Shown here piece by piece: positions 49,533-60,154 of a DNA stretch of 64,000 nt (position 1 is its first letter; each line of letters begins with the position of its first letter). The position numbers were made by a program, and so were the translations under genes. The stretch lies in NCBI GenBank assembly GCA_965277285.1, contig OZ255721.1:3552001-3616000 (forward strand), given 5' to 3'. The stretch is from Abditibacteriaceae bacterium (GTDB taxonomy: Bacteria; Armatimonadota; Abditibacteriia; Abditibacteriales; Abditibacteriaceae). The notes beneath the pieces are model-generated. The model did not search any database, was not told the origin of the DNA, and was given only the letters and a program-made list of their open reading frames with translations.

Positions 49533-50150
49533 TTATTTTGGCGCGGCGTCGAAGTTTTTCTGCGGAACGGCGGTGCTGCCAAGCTTGATCGCCGGGCCAT
49601 ATTTTTCTTCGAGCCAGGCGGGAACTTCGTCCGGCGCGTAGCTTTCGATGTTGAGTTTCAAGAGCGCTTCGACAATCGGCACGCCGAAATCGGCTTTGCC
49701 GCCGCTGCGGTCGCACAACAATCCGACGCCGACAACCTCGCCGCCATATTCCCGCACCACATCAACCACTTTCTGCGCTGAGCCGCCTGTCGTCACAATG
49801 TCTTCGACGACCAAAACACGTTCGCCTTTTTTCAATTGAAAGCCGCGACGAAAGGTGAAACCCACGCCGTCATCGCTGCGCTCAGCGTAAACCGCGCGGC
49901 AACCCAGATGGCGCGCGATGTCGAACGCCAGAATAATGCCGCCCGTCACCGGCCCGACGACACATTCGATGTCGCGCTCGTTGAAACGTCGCGCGATTTC
50001 GCCGCACAAGCGCGACGCCAAACGCGGCTGTTCCAAAACGCGAAACTTCTCGATGTAACGCGCCGAATGGCGTCCGCTCGAAAGGAGAAAATGACCTTCC
50101 AGAAGGGCGCCGCTTTCCACCAAAATCTGCTCGACTTCATGTGCATTCAT
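49533..50150 (-). CDS. pyrE: Orotate phosphoribosyltransferase
   Basis: GHFLLSSGRHS and VLVVEDIVTTGGS motifs. Confidence 0.93.
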   Translation of the reverse strand: MNAHEVEQILVESGALLEGHFLLSSGRHSARYIEKFRVLEQPRLASRLCGEIARRFNERDIECVVGPVTGGIILAFDIARHLGCRAVYAERSDDGVGFTFRRGFQLKKGERVLVVEDIVTTGGSAQKVVDVVREYGGEVVGVGLLCDRSGGKADFGVPIVEALLKLNIESYAPDEVPAWLEEKYGPAIKLGSTAVPQKNFDAAPK

Positions 50151-50314
50151 ATGCCGCAGTTTGGAGCGAGATCATTCTCTTGTCAATTGCACGTCGCAAT
50201 CGAGTACTCGAAACGCTATCGCGCAAAACAACGAAACACAAAAACGACAACGCTCGCCACCGAAGTAGCGAGCGTTGTGCAAAGCCGAAGCTTTTTGTTG
50301 TTCGTGGTTCGTGA

Positions 50315-50482
50315 TTACGAAGTGGCTGTGCCGAGCGAGTTGTTCGCAACGTTGAAGACCGTCTGCACGCGCTTGCCCAGGAAGCTCAGAACCGCGATGA
50401 CTACCAAAGCGATCAACGAAACCAACAGACCATACTCAACCAACGTCTGTCCCTCTTCTTCTACCAAAAAACGCTTGATCAT
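50315..50482 (-). CDS. Flp family type IVb pilin
   Basis: Not in ORF track. MIKRFLVEEEGQTLVEYGLLVSLIALVVIAVLSFLGKRVQTVFNVANNSLGTATS; GGAGG SD. Confidence 0.92.
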   Translation of the reverse strand: MIKRFLVEEEGQTLVEYGLLVSLIALVVIAVLSFLGKRVQTVFNVANNSLGTATS

Positions 50483-50936
50483 GTTATTCCCTCCGCAGGA
50501 AACTCTTCAAATCTTTGGAGCAACTTCTTCGTTGCGTCCTGCAAACTTATGTTGCACCGATATTGCCAATCGCGCAATTTCGAGAGACTTTTTTGTTTTT
50601 CTGCTGAGCGGGTGCGTAGGGAAGGTTTAATGAGCGGTGGTGTGGTTTGGCGTAAGAACGATCTCACGCCCTGGAAGGAACGGGCTGAGTTGCAAAGTCC
50701 CATGAACGGACTGAACGTTGGCATTTTGTGCTGCAAGAGAGGCCGCACCACTGGTTTAATAACCTGCAGAAGCGGCTCCAGAGGAAGCGGCCTCATACCT
50801 CATAGAAAGAATGGAGATTCCTGCTGCGTTGGATTGAAGGATGAAACTTTTCTTTCAACGAACTCGTGGAACATCGCGCAATACACGTACAGACGTGTGA
50901 AAGCGGCTGTTTGAGTTGTTTGGAAAGAGAATAAAC

Positions 50937-51009
50937 AGCGGAAGACGGGATTCGAACCCGCGACCCTCAGCTTGGGAAGCTGATGCTCTACCAACTGAGC
51001 TACTTCCGC
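50937..51009 (-). tRNA. tRNA-Gly (CCC)
   Basis: GCGGAAGTAGCTCAGTTGGTAGAGC...TTCCCAA...GGTTCGAATCCCGTCTTCCGCT cloverleaf; CCA not encoded. Confidence 0.96.
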
Positions 51010-51134
51010 ATACTATGCGCCATTATAGCGCGAATGGATGCACGATTCAACGACGCCGAGACATTTTACAACGCGTAACTAACCCAAGTTGCCACCTATC
51101 ATAAATGGACAGATCATAGAGATGGACACAGCTT

Positions 51135-51770
51135 TTAACTTTCACGCCTCAATTTTCGCTGGATGAAATCGACCGCTAAATCCGTGATTTCTGAAAGGGG
51201 AAGAGCACTTGAATCGACGCACATGTGGTAGTTCGCGGCAGCACTCCAATTGTGTCCAGTCATTTGAGCAATGAGTTTGCCGCGCGCCGCGTCCGATTGC
51301 TCGATCTGAGCGCGGGCCTGCGCTTCGTTGCGAGCACCATAGAATTCCATCACGCGCGGAATGCGAAAACTGAGCGGCGCATGGAGCAGGATGTTGACCA
51401 TTTTGGAATGCGGGGGCAAAACGTGGGCAGCCGCGCGCCCAACGATCACGCAATCTTCTTTCTGCACGATAGCCTTCATGACTTCGGTTTCGTCATCGAA
51501 GATGTCCCTGTCGGAGGCGGTTTGAAATGGCGGCGCAATGTAAGCGGCTTCCGGAGCGCCAATGATAAACCCGGTCAACATTCGCTCCCAGAACGACGAA
51601 ACTCGCTCTTCGCGGTTAGTCACTTCCTGCTCGTGGAGTTCCAATCGCTGTGCGGTGCGGCTGATGATTTCGCGGTCAATGCAGCGGATTCCCAGGGCAT
51701 CCGCGATGCTTTGTCCGACCTCAGAGCCTCCACTTCCCAATTGGCGGGCAATCGTAACGGTAAGCTTCAT
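51135..51770 (-). CDS. Cytidylate kinase-like family protein
   Basis: VTIARQLGSGG, CVIVGRAA and YHMCVDSS. Confidence 0.85.
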   Translation of the reverse strand: MKLTVTIARQLGSGGSEVGQSIADALGIRCIDREIISRTAQRLELHEQEVTNREERVSSFWERMLTGFIIGAPEAAYIAPPFQTASDRDIFDDETEVMKAIVQKEDCVIVGRAAAHVLPPHSKMVNILLHAPLSFRIPRVMEFYGARNEAQARAQIEQSDAARGKLIAQMTGHNWSAAANYHMCVDSSALPLSEITDLAVDFIQRKLRRES

Positions 51771-51938
51771 TCTTGTCCTTTTTGGAATCCGTATAATTTC
51801 GGACGTTGTTATCCTCAACAAGCGAAAGCCTGACTGTGTTCCGTTGCATGCTTCATCGTCAAAGAGGACGATGAGTTTTTGACCAAAAATTCAATCGTGA
51901 AGAGGTGGATTGGAAACGATTTTCTTTAGCTTTATTAA

Positions 51939-52046
51939 GAACCTATCTGAAGAGGCAATCACAAAGGTTGCGCCTGCGATAAATGAACCCTTGTGATTGC
52001 TCCTATCCTACGCAATTTTAGCTGTCTTCTCCTTTTGGATAAGCTC
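51939..52046. mobile_element. Degenerate copy of the inner element at 30104-30226
   Basis: TAA-GAACCTATC..GAAGAGGCAATCACAAAGGTTGC..AACCCTTGTGATTGC..GATAAGCTC. Confidence 0.5.
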
Positions 52047-52279
52047 TTAGTTCACTTGCAAATACTGAAAAATTGCGCAATTCCCAATGTTGATAAGGCT
52101 TTCTGCACAATTAGAATGTGTTCCTTTCAACCTCCATTGTGACAGACGCCTTGTTCAAAACGTCGTTTCGCAACCCTTATCGAGTACTCGATCTCCCAGT
52201 AAGCGGACTGTTTTTGCTCTTGCTTCTTCGCGTCTCGATACTTCAAATCTTGATGCTGAGATTGAAGTCGTCGTGACGT

Positions 52280-53248
52280 TCAACGGGGAATCGTGCGTGT
52301 TGTCATTGTTGTCGTGATTTTCGTTGTCGTACCGCTTGTTGGTTCGGTAATGTGGCGGAAGGCGCGCGCCCAGCAATCTGCGAGTGCTTCCGTCCCGCCT
52401 ATGCCATTGGGGTGCAAGCCGCCATAAACGCCGTACTCTTGAAAAAGCGCGGGATGCGCGGCGAAATAAGAAAAAGCCATCGTGTCGCCGAGGAAAACGC
52501 GGCCAGGAACGCGTTTTGCGAAGTCGGCGGAGATGGCCTTTTCGCCCGGAAGGTACGACTGAAGCAGCTTCATCGCTGCAGCGTCCCAGGCAACTCCATT
52601 GAATTTCGTCGGCACGACAAATGACGGCGCATGGTTGATCATCACGTTGAAGCCACTGGCAACCAGATCGCCCACAATTGACCGCAGATTGGCTTCGTGT
52701 TGCGCTGCGGTAAAAAGGCGATCACTACGCACATCGTTGGTGCCCAGCATAATAAAAACCCACACCGGATTGCGTTTTGGATCTGGCTTACCAAACGACG
52801 AAACGAAAGCCGCTTTGGCCGTTTCATAAAGATTTTGTGGCGGCCCTGGCTGCCAATCAGCGGTGCTGGTGGCGCTCACGCCCTTGTCATAAACGTTCCA
52901 CGGCGTGCCGTTATCGGCGATTGTCGCACCATTGGCTGCCGAGAGTTTTTGAACGGTCAGCGCCGCCACGTCGTTTTGCCCGGGCGTAATTGTGTTGCCG
53001 ACCTGGTTGTAACCGCAGGTAATGCTATCGCCAATAAAGCCAATTTTAAGGCTCTTCTTTAGACTCAAAGCTTTGGCCTGTCCCGCTTGAGTTGGAGAAA
53101 TCTTGACCGGACAGTTCAAAGCGAGATGGCGCCGCGCATCGCCCACTTTAGACGTTTTGGCTTGCGCCGTTCCCGCCTGCGCCGTTCCCGCTGCGATAAT
53201 GGCAAGCAATGTCGCCAGACAAGGTGTGTTTCTAAAAACAGTGGTCAT
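52280..53248 (-). CDS. SGNH/GDSL hydrolase, secreted
   Basis: GDSIT, LGTND and GLHPN motifs; signal peptide. Confidence 0.85.
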   Translation of the reverse strand: MTTVFRNTPCLATLLAIIAAGTAQAGTAQAKTSKVGDARRHLALNCPVKISPTQAGQAKALSLKKSLKIGFIGDSITCGYNQVGNTITPGQNDVAALTVQKLSAANGATIADNGTPWNVYDKGVSATSTADWQPGPPQNLYETAKAAFVSSFGKPDPKRNPVWVFIMLGTNDVRSDRLFTAAQHEANLRSIVGDLVASGFNVMINHAPSFVVPTKFNGVAWDAAAMKLLQSYLPGEKAISADFAKRVPGRVFLGDTMAFSYFAAHPALFQEYGVYGGLHPNGIGGTEALADCWARAFRHITEPTSGTTTKITTTMTTRTIPR

Positions 53249-53675
53249 TTGCTAAACCTCGTGATGCTTAAAGAATAAGAAGGCAGAGCCACTTCTTAAT
53301 GAAGCGCTGCGTGGCAGGTCAACCAACATGAAACTACGAACAACGATTAAATGTTGAGTTATCTTCTTTATAGTCAACCGTTTATAGTCACCCGACGCTT
53401 GAGCTTAACAAGTTCGTTTAGCCGAATGCATCAACGAGAGCTATGCACCGCGACTTCGAGCCACAGAAAGCCAGAGGCGCGCGAGCAGGAAACTGGAAGT
53501 TTATCACTCGGCCAGTTGGCTGTAGTTAGCTTGACGTAACTTCCCGAGATAATTGACACAACCTTATAAAATACTCATAAACTCTCGCTTTCTTGTTCCG
53601 TCTTGCATGAAGTAAGCCGCATGATCGAACTGAGCAATCAAGGTTCAAGATTGATGCGCAATTAAGGAAAGGGTT

Positions 53676-54113
53676 ATGAAAATCACCAAGAGCCGTAAAG
53701 TTCTGCTGAGCACCGGATTGTTCGGATTGTTGGGTTTGAGCGCTGTTGCAACTGGTATGCGACCCGCCGTGGCCGACGAGCGCGATGATAGAGGACAAGG
53801 CCATCATCAACAATGGCAGGAACAACAAGCGCAGAACGATAACCGTTCCGACGACAATCGTGCCAACGGCAATCGTGCCCGCTACAATCGCCGTAGCAAC
53901 GATGGTCGCAGCAACGAAAGCCGCAGCTATAGCTACAGCAAGCGCACCTACGGCAACAACAGCGGTGGTAATTACGGTTACCGCAAAAGCTACAGCAGCA
54001 ACACTTACAGCCGCTACAGCAATGATAATGGCTCTCGTAACAAGGGTTACAATGGCAACAGTCGCGCTCGTCGCCATGCGCATCGCCATTATCGTCACCA
54101 CAACAACGGCTAA
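53676..54113 (+). CDS. Secreted low-complexity Asn/Arg/Tyr/His-rich protein
   Basis: Signal peptide with AVA site; SD-like AAGGAAAGGG; followed by hairpin. Confidence 0.6.
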   Translation: MKITKSRKVLLSTGLFGLLGLSAVATGMRPAVADERDDRGQGHHQQWQEQQAQNDNRSDDNRANGNRARYNRRSNDGRSNESRSYSYSKRTYGNNSGGNYGYRKSYSSNTYSRYSNDNGSRNKGYNGNSRARRHAHRHYRHHNNG

Positions 54114-54151
54114 AATTGCATTAACGGCTAAAGCCATTTAACCAGGCTGCC

Positions 54152-54200
54152 CAAAACACAACAGCGAGTACTCGATTGGAGTACTCGCTGTTGTGTTTTG
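54152..54200 (+). terminator. Terminator-like hairpin built from two GAGTACTC cores
   Basis: CAAAACACAACAGCGAGTACTC-GATTG-GAGTACTCGCTGTTGTGTTTTG. Confidence 0.7.
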
Positions 54201-54533
54201 CCTGCTCATGGCGGATTTGTTGTTCAGCGTATTCATTTAATGGACTTGATGGGTGTAATGGACTTGATGGATGGCAAAGTCTGAAACGCTATTTTGCGGC
54301 AACACTTGTCGTCCGCACGGAACTTTATAAACTCGCTCTCGAAGTCGAATAAAGGTTTCGCGTACCTTATACTGCATACTGCACACACTTGATATTGCAC
54401 ACACTTGAACACTAAAGAAAAGCGGCAAGATTCCTGCTCGCTCCACCTTTGTACTCGTGTTGATGGCACAATAGAACAGTACGCGCGAGTGTTCAAGGCC
54501 GCGTGATCTCGAGTACTCGAAATGGGGAGAAAT

Positions 54534-55202
54534 ATGAAAAAGACAAAGTGCAGCAAGACAATCGCAGCGTTGACGGCTTTTACTTTGACCGCGCCTTTGA
54601 TGGTGTCGTCCGTTCCAGCGCGCGCCACGACTTATGCGGGTGAGCATTTTCCCGAAACGCGAACCGAAATGATGTCGCGTGACGATGTAGCCGAAATGAC
54701 GCATGCGCAACGCCGCTATGCCATCAACGAAATCTATGCGCGCCACGGTTTTCTCTTCGCGGACATGGCGATTCGCAAGCAGTTTTTGCAGTTTTCGTGG
54801 TATCGTCCGGTGCCGGGTCGCACCATGAAAGGAATCGAGGCGCATTTGGGACGCATCGAGAGCCACAACTTGCGCGTTCTGGCCGACGTGCGCGATGACG
54901 CGCGGGACAGTTCCTCGTCCGATGCGTCGTATCCGGGCGAGCATTTTCCCGAAACGCGCACCAACATCCTCAGCCAGCAGGACATGAACAATATGGGTGT
55001 TGCCAAAGTTCGCTACGCCATCAACGAAATGTATGCGCGTCACGGTTTTCTGTTCGGCGACATGGCGATTCGTCGGCAGTTTCTGCGCTTTCGCTGGTAT
55101 CATCCGGTGCCGGGACGCACCATGCACCAGGCCGAAGCGCGCTTCAACGATTTTGAGCGCTCCAACCTGATCGCCCTGACGCAATGGCGCGACGGCGATT
55201 GA
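54534..55202 (+). CDS. Secreted protein with two YARHG domains
   Basis: RYAINEIYARHG and RYAINEMYARHG; internal duplication at DNA level. Confidence 0.9.
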   Translation: MKKTKCSKTIAALTAFTLTAPLMVSSVPARATTYAGEHFPETRTEMMSRDDVAEMTHAQRRYAINEIYARHGFLFADMAIRKQFLQFSWYRPVPGRTMKGIEAHLGRIESHNLRVLADVRDDARDSSSSDASYPGEHFPETRTNILSQQDMNNMGVAKVRYAINEMYARHGFLFGDMAIRRQFLRFRWYHPVPGRTMHQAEARFNDFERSNLIALTQWRDGD

Positions 55203-55257
55203 TCGCGCTGCTTAAATTCGGTGAAATCAGCCGCCAAACGTGAATCGAGTACTCGAT

Positions 55258-55518
55258 ATGTATAAAACGCAATCCGCAGACACAACAGAAGAAGCAGAGC
55301 GCGTGCAAATGGCAATGTTGCGAGGAGCGAGCGTTGCCAAGCGCGCGCAACGGATGAACGCTCTCTCGTGCTTTGTTATTGAAGCGTCGCGGCGCGCCAT
55401 TGAAAGAGCGCATCCCGAATGGAGCCGCCGCGAAGTTCTGCTGTTCTGGGTGCGACAACATTACGGCGAAGAAGTCGGCGAAGCCTTAGCGTGTTCCAGG
55501 AAATCCGCAAATTTATGA
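55258..55518 (+). CDS. Small protein, putative antitoxin partner of downstream nucleotidyltransferase
   Basis: SADTTEEAERVQ..LR....KR..; overlaps next start (ATGA). Confidence 0.6.
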   Translation: MYKTQSADTTEEAERVQMAMLRGASVAKRAQRMNALSCFVIEASRRAIERAHPEWSRREVLLFWVRQHYGEEVGEALACSRKSANL

Positions 55519-56105
55519 GTTCACCGGAAATCATCCTTACTCTGGAGCCGGTGGCTGCGGCGTTGTCGCATATCCATGTGCCTTATTACATTTGTGGTTC
55601 GGTGGCAAGTTCGGTGTTGGGTGAACCGCGCTCGACTTTGGACATCGACTTAGTGGCAGATTTGCAGGAAGCGCAAGTTGAAGATTTTGTTCAGTCTTTG
55701 GGCGACACGTTTTATGTGGATTCGCGCGCCATACGCGAAGCGATTCGCCGTCGTTCGAGTTTCAATCTGATTCATCAAGGAACTTTTCTCAAAGTCGATA
55801 TTTTTCTTCCCAAGAACCGTGCTTTCGATCGTGAACAATTGCCACGCTGCGAATTTCATGCGCTGGATGATTCCGCAGACGCTAAAACTTATCCGATTGC
55901 CACGCCCGAAGATGTTTTACTCGCCAAACTTGAATGGTTTCGCTCGGGCGGCGAAACCTCCGACCGCCAGTGGCGCGACATTTTAGGTGTCTTGAAAATC
56001 AACTGCTTCGACATCGAAATTGATTATCTTCAGCGCTGGGCCAAAGAGTTGCGCGTAGACGATTTGTTGCGTCGCGCTCTGGATGAAGCGGGAATCGGGG
56101 ATTAG
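55515..56105 (+). CDS. Nucleotidyltransferase-fold protein (putative toxin)
   Basis: GSVASS..GEPRSTLDIDLV, KVDIF, EDVLLAKLEW and QWRDI. Confidence 0.75.
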   Translation: MSSPEIILTLEPVAAALSHIHVPYYICGSVASSVLGEPRSTLDIDLVADLQEAQVEDFVQSLGDTFYVDSRAIREAIRRRSSFNLIHQGTFLKVDIFLPKNRAFDREQLPRCEFHALDDSADAKTYPIATPEDVLLAKLEWFRSGGETSDRQWRDILGVLKINCFDIEIDYLQRWAKELRVDDLLRRALDEAGIGD

Positions 56106-56140
56106 TTTGCATACGTAGAAAACAAGATTGAAAGATGGCG

Positions 56141-56320
56141 GTTTGTCATTCTTCGCTCCTCTCAGAATGACAAACCCTCACTTTTATAGCGTTTCGCTCA
56201 CTTTCTATACAACCTCTCAGTGGAGCGAAGAATTTAACCGTAGCCAGATTCTTCGCTGCGACCAGAATGACCAAACTTCCACTTTTAGGCGTTTCGCGGA
56301 CTTTTTGAACTGATGCTAAG
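56141..56320. repeat. Rearranged cluster of GTCATTC hairpin and MITE-end fragments
   Basis: Partial hairpins plus CTTTCTATACAACCTCTCA, an end shared with 30071 and 61513. Confidence 0.6.
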
Positions 56321-56337
56321 AGCCATCAAGAACAACA

Positions 56338-57165
56338 ATGGAAAACTTGATCGTGGTCAATGGCGAAGAAGGTTGGGCGCCGCTTTTTCCTGAATGCAAC
56401 GTGCAGCAACGCCGCTTGCAAACCACCAAATGGTTGTGGCGCGACAACGACCTCTATGTGATTGATGCGAGTGGCGCATTGCGTGTCGATGCTGTTTTGT
56501 GGCGCTTGGGCGCGGTTCGTCCTCATCCCAATCATCGCGCGACATTGGAAACGATTCGTCTGGCGAAAGTGCCTTGCGTCAACGATGCGAAAACATTGCT
56601 GCGTGGTTATGATCGTTTGTCGATGTTAGCCGAATTGCGCGAAATTGATGTGCCAACGCTCGATTTTTCAGTTGCCCTTGGAGATCGAGTACTCGAATGC
56701 TTTACGCCTGCGTTTCCAACTGTTTTGAAAATCGGCAATCTGCATGGTGGTTGGGGCAAGGCGCGCGCAGAAAACCGCGAGCAATGGAGCGACCTGGCTG
56801 ATCTCGCTTTTATCACGGAAGATTATCTGACGGTTGAGCCATTTGTCGATTATACGCGCGATGTGCGTTGTCTCATTGTGGGCGACCAAACGTGGGCGAT
56901 GTCGCGGCGCGGCAGCGTTTGGAAAGCGAATCGCGGCATGGCGGATTACGAACTGATTGCAGTTCCGCCGGAGTTGGAAGAATGGACGCGTCGCGCCGCC
57001 AAACACTTGAACGCTGATGTGCTGGCGTTGGATTGTCTGGAAACGCGCGAAGGCAAATGGTTCGCGTTGGAATATAATGACATTCCGGGTTTCAGTGGTT
57101 TTCCTGATGCGGCGCGCACGGCGTTGGCGAATTGTCTGCGCTGCAAAATGGAGAACACAAAGTAG
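56338..57165 (+). CDS. ATP-grasp (RimK-like) protein
   Basis: PTVLK..HGGWGK, VEPFVD..DVR, WKAN and LEYNDIPGF. Confidence 0.75.
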   Translation: MENLIVVNGEEGWAPLFPECNVQQRRLQTTKWLWRDNDLYVIDASGALRVDAVLWRLGAVRPHPNHRATLETIRLAKVPCVNDAKTLLRGYDRLSMLAELREIDVPTLDFSVALGDRVLECFTPAFPTVLKIGNLHGGWGKARAENREQWSDLADLAFITEDYLTVEPFVDYTRDVRCLIVGDQTWAMSRRGSVWKANRGMADYELIAVPPELEEWTRRAAKHLNADVLALDCLETREGKWFALEYNDIPGFSGFPDAARTALANCLRCKMENTK

Positions 57166-57177
57166 AATAAGGAAATT

Positions 57178-58059
57178 ATGAGCATTCTGATTGACAAGAA
57201 CACGCGCGTATTGGTGCAGGGCGTGACCGGGCGCGAAGGCGAATTTCACACGCGCCAAATGCTGGATTACGGCACCAATGTCGTGGCTGGTGTCACGCCG
57301 GGCAAAGGCGGGCAGTTCATTGAGCACGGCGAAGAAACGGTGCCGGTTTTCAATACGGTCAAGGAAGCCGTCGCCATGACGAACGCCGATACGAGTATCA
57401 TTTTTGTGCCGCCGCCGTTCGGTGCCGACGCCATTTTTGAAGCCGTTGATGCCGGAATCAAAGGCATTGTTTGCATCACCGAAGGCATTCCGATTCAGGA
57501 CATGATGAAATGCTACCGCTTTCTCGAAGCGCAAAGCGGCTGGATGATCGGCCCGAATTGTCCGGGTTTGATTACGCCGGGCGAATGCAAAATCGGCATT
57601 ATGCCAGGCAACATTTTTACGCCCGGCGACATCGGCGTCGTCTCGCGCAGCGGCACTTTGACTTATGAAATTGTCGATGAACTGACGCGCAACGGTTTGG
57701 GACAAACCACCTGCGTCGGCATCGGCGGCGACCCGATTATCGGCTCCAGTTTCGTCGATGTTTTGCGCTGGTTCGAGGCCGATCCAAAAACCAAAGCGGT
57801 CGTGATGAGCGGCGAAATCGGCGGCAACGATGAAGAAAAAGCCGCCGAATTTATCAAGACGATGACCAAACCCGTCGTCGGATTCATCGCCGGTAAAACC
57901 GCACCGGCGGGAAAACGCATGGGACACGCGGGCGCCATTGTCTCGGGAAGTGCCGGAACCGCACAAGCCAAAATCGAGGCCTTGACGGCGGCAGGCGCAC
58001 AAGTCGCGGAACTGCCGAACCAGGTTCCCGCGATGATTCGTTCGGCGTTGGGAATGTAA
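57178..58059 (+). CDS. sucD: Succinate--CoA ligase subunit alpha
   Basis: [27 protein letters not shown] and MGHAGA motifs. Confidence 0.97.
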   Translation: MSILIDKNTRVLVQGVTGREGEFHTRQMLDYGTNVVAGVTPGKGGQFIEHGEETVPVFNTVKEAVAMTNADTSIIFVPPPFGADAIFEAVDAGIKGIVCITEGIPIQDMMKCYRFLEAQSGWMIGPNCPGLITPGECKIGIMPGNIFTPGDIGVVSRSGTLTYEIVDELTRNGLGQTTCVGIGGDPIIGSSFVDVLRWFEADPKTKAVVMSGEIGGNDEEKAAEFIKTMTKPVVGFIAGKTAPAGKRMGHAGAIVSGSAGTAQAKIEALTAAGAQVAELPNQVPAMIRSALGM

Positions 58060-58064
58060 TTGGA

Positions 58065-58244
58065 TTCACCGCGAAGGACGCGAAGGGAAAGAAGAATCGA
58101 GTACTCGAAAGTAAGAGTTTGTCATCTTGAGCGCAGCGAAAGATCTAACTGGAGTTAGATTCTTCGCTTCACTCAGAATGACACAATCTTATGGACAATT
58201 CTTTTCTTTATTACTTCGCGCTCTTCGCGTCCTTCGCGGTTTAA
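58065..58244. repeat. Composite repeat: outer ACCGCGAAGGACGCGAAG inverted repeat, 12-bp palindrome, inner hairpin (58118-58183)
   Basis: Same architecture as 10405-10594. Confidence 0.75.
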
Positions 58245-58253
58245 CGGAGCGAT

Positions 58254-59216
58254 ATGAAAGCGATTCGAGTACTCGAATTTGGCGGGCCGGAAGTTTTGCA
58301 GTTGCAAGACGTGCCCGATTTAACGCCGCAAAACGATGAAGTTGTGGTGCGCATCAAAGCCGCGGGCGTCAATCCCGTTGATGTCTCCATTCGCAGCGGC
58401 ACTTATGGAAATATGATAACGCCGCCTTATATTCCGGGCAGCGATGCGGCGGGAATCGTGGAACGTGTTGGCGAAGGCGTCGATACTTTCAAAGTCGGCG
58501 ACCGCGTTTATACCAATCACACGGCACGCGGAACTTACGCCGAAGCGATTCTTGTCAAGACGCATCAGATTCGTCCTTTGCCAGACAACATCAGTTTTGC
58601 CCAAGGCGCGGCTTTGGGCGTGCCGTATGCGACTGCGCATCATGCGCTATTTGGAAAAGCCATGGCGAAAGCGGGCGATTATGTCTTGATTCATGGCGCC
58701 AGCGGCGGCGTCGGAACTGCGGCGGTTCAACTCGCGTTGCATCACGACATGAAAGTGATTGCGACTGCGGGAACACCCGAAGCGCGCCACAAGTTGGAAG
58801 CGATGGGCGCGCAATACGTCTTGGATCACAACGACGCGCAACATTTTGACGACGCACATGGCGCGACTTGCGGACACGGCGTTGATGTCGTTCTGGAAAT
58901 GCTGGCGAACGTGAACCTGGGGCGCGACTTGCCGATTTTGGCGCGCAACGGACGCGTTATCGTAGTCGGCAGTCGCGGCGAAGTGATGATCAATCCGCGT
59001 GATTTAATGGGACGCGACGCTTCGATTCTGGCCATGACATTGTTCAACACGACCGCCGACGAACTGACGCACATTCATCAAGAAATTGGCGAAGGCTTGC
59101 GCGATGGCTGGCTCGTTCCGTTCATTCATCACGAATATGCGCTGAGTGAGGCGCCCCAAGCCCACGAAGCCGTCATGCAAAACGGCACTTGGGGCAAAAT
59201 CGTTTTGCTGCCGTGA
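58254..59216 (+). CDS. NADPH:quinone reductase (zeta-crystallin/MDR family)
   Basis: FGGPEVL, AAGVNPVD, HGASGGVG and GKIVL. Confidence 0.9.
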   Translation: MKAIRVLEFGGPEVLQLQDVPDLTPQNDEVVVRIKAAGVNPVDVSIRSGTYGNMITPPYIPGSDAAGIVERVGEGVDTFKVGDRVYTNHTARGTYAEAILVKTHQIRPLPDNISFAQGAALGVPYATAHHALFGKAMAKAGDYVLIHGASGGVGTAAVQLALHHDMKVIATAGTPEARHKLEAMGAQYVLDHNDAQHFDDAHGATCGHGVDVVLEMLANVNLGRDLPILARNGRVIVVGSRGEVMINPRDLMGRDASILAMTLFNTTADELTHIHQEIGEGLRDGWLVPFIHHEYALSEAPQAHEAVMQNGTWGKIVLLP

Positions 59217-59231
59217 TAAGAGAAGCCAAAC

Positions 59232-59272
59232 CACAAAGGTCGAGTACTCGAATTGAGTACTCGACCTTTGTG
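59232..59272. terminator. Hairpin between convergent genes, built from two palindrome cores
   Basis: CACAAAGGTCGAGTACTC-GAATT-GAGTACTCGACCTTTGTG. Confidence 0.7.
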
Positions 59273-59284
59273 TTGGAAGTCTTG

Positions 59285-60073
59285 TTATGGCGAGGTTGGA
59301 TGACGGCGCCAGAAGTTGTTGGTGACGGAATTCCAGGTCGTGGTCGGGCGCAGCCATTTGGCGTGACCATCGGCGAAACCGAAGAGAACGCCGTCGAAGT
59401 GGCGTTCCCACGGGCGCGCTTGCGTCGAAACTTCCGCCGGGCCGCCTGGAAACCAGTTCTGCGCCGCCGTGCTCATCGGATACAAGCCGCCGCGCGATGG
59501 GTCGCCGGTGCCGCGCGCCGCGTCCGCCACGATGATGAACTGCGAGGGCGCATCAATATCGGCGTCCACCGTGTCTTCGTTGTAGCCGAAATCGGGGTTG
59601 GCGGCATACCATGCCTGCTGAAACTTGCCAGGAGAAAACTTGGCTTCGTTCAAATGAAAGCCGTAATCGGTGGTGTACCAGGCGCCCGCGCCAGGTGTTG
59701 GCCAATCGGGGCTGGACGGCGACTTGAAGATTTGAACGCTCTTCAAATAAGGCTGCAATTTGGCGCGAATCGAATAAGGCGCGGCGCCATCGGGCGTGTC
59801 CGTGTAAGGCCCGAAGCGCGCCGTATCGGTGCCCTGACGCTCGGTCACGGTGCCCGGATAGCGCTCGTCATATTCGCGTACATATTGCGTAAACGCCAGG
59901 CTGATCTGTTTCACATTGGACAAGCCGTTGGTGCGACGCGCGCTTTCCCGCGCCTTGGCGAAAGCCGGAAACAAAATCGCCGCCAGAATAGCGATGATGG
60001 CGATGACAACAAGCAGTTCGATGAGCGTGAAGCCGTTTTTACGAGTTGGAGAAGAGATACGAATCTTTGACAC
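59285..60073 (-). CDS. Prepilin-type N-terminal cleavage/methylation protein, DUF1559-like with H-X9-DG motif
   Basis: [34 protein letters not shown]-terminal [20 protein letters not shown] start at 60073 after AAGGA. Confidence 0.9.
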   Translation of the reverse strand: MSKIRISSPTRKNGFTLIELLVVIAIIAILAAILFPAFAKARESARRTNGLSNVKQISLAFTQYVREYDERYPGTVTERQGTDTARFGPYTDTPDGAAPYSIRAKLQPYLKSVQIFKSPSSPDWPTPGAGAWYTTDYGFHLNEAKFSPGKFQQAWYAANPDFGYNEDTVDADIDAPSQFIIVADAARGTGDPSRGGLYPMSTAAQNWFPGGPAEVSTQARPWERHFDGVLFGFADGHAKWLRPTTTWNSVTNNFWRRHPTSP

Positions 60074-60154
60074 GAAATTTTCCTTGACTTTGAAATGTCG
60101 AGCGAGGACTTGAAAAGTCCCTCGTTGAGAAGGTTCTGCGGGTTCGGGTGGCAC

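Noticed and set aside
50800..53600. tRNA-Gly-anchored integrative island
   Set aside because: No integrase and no duplicated tRNA 3' end found in the window
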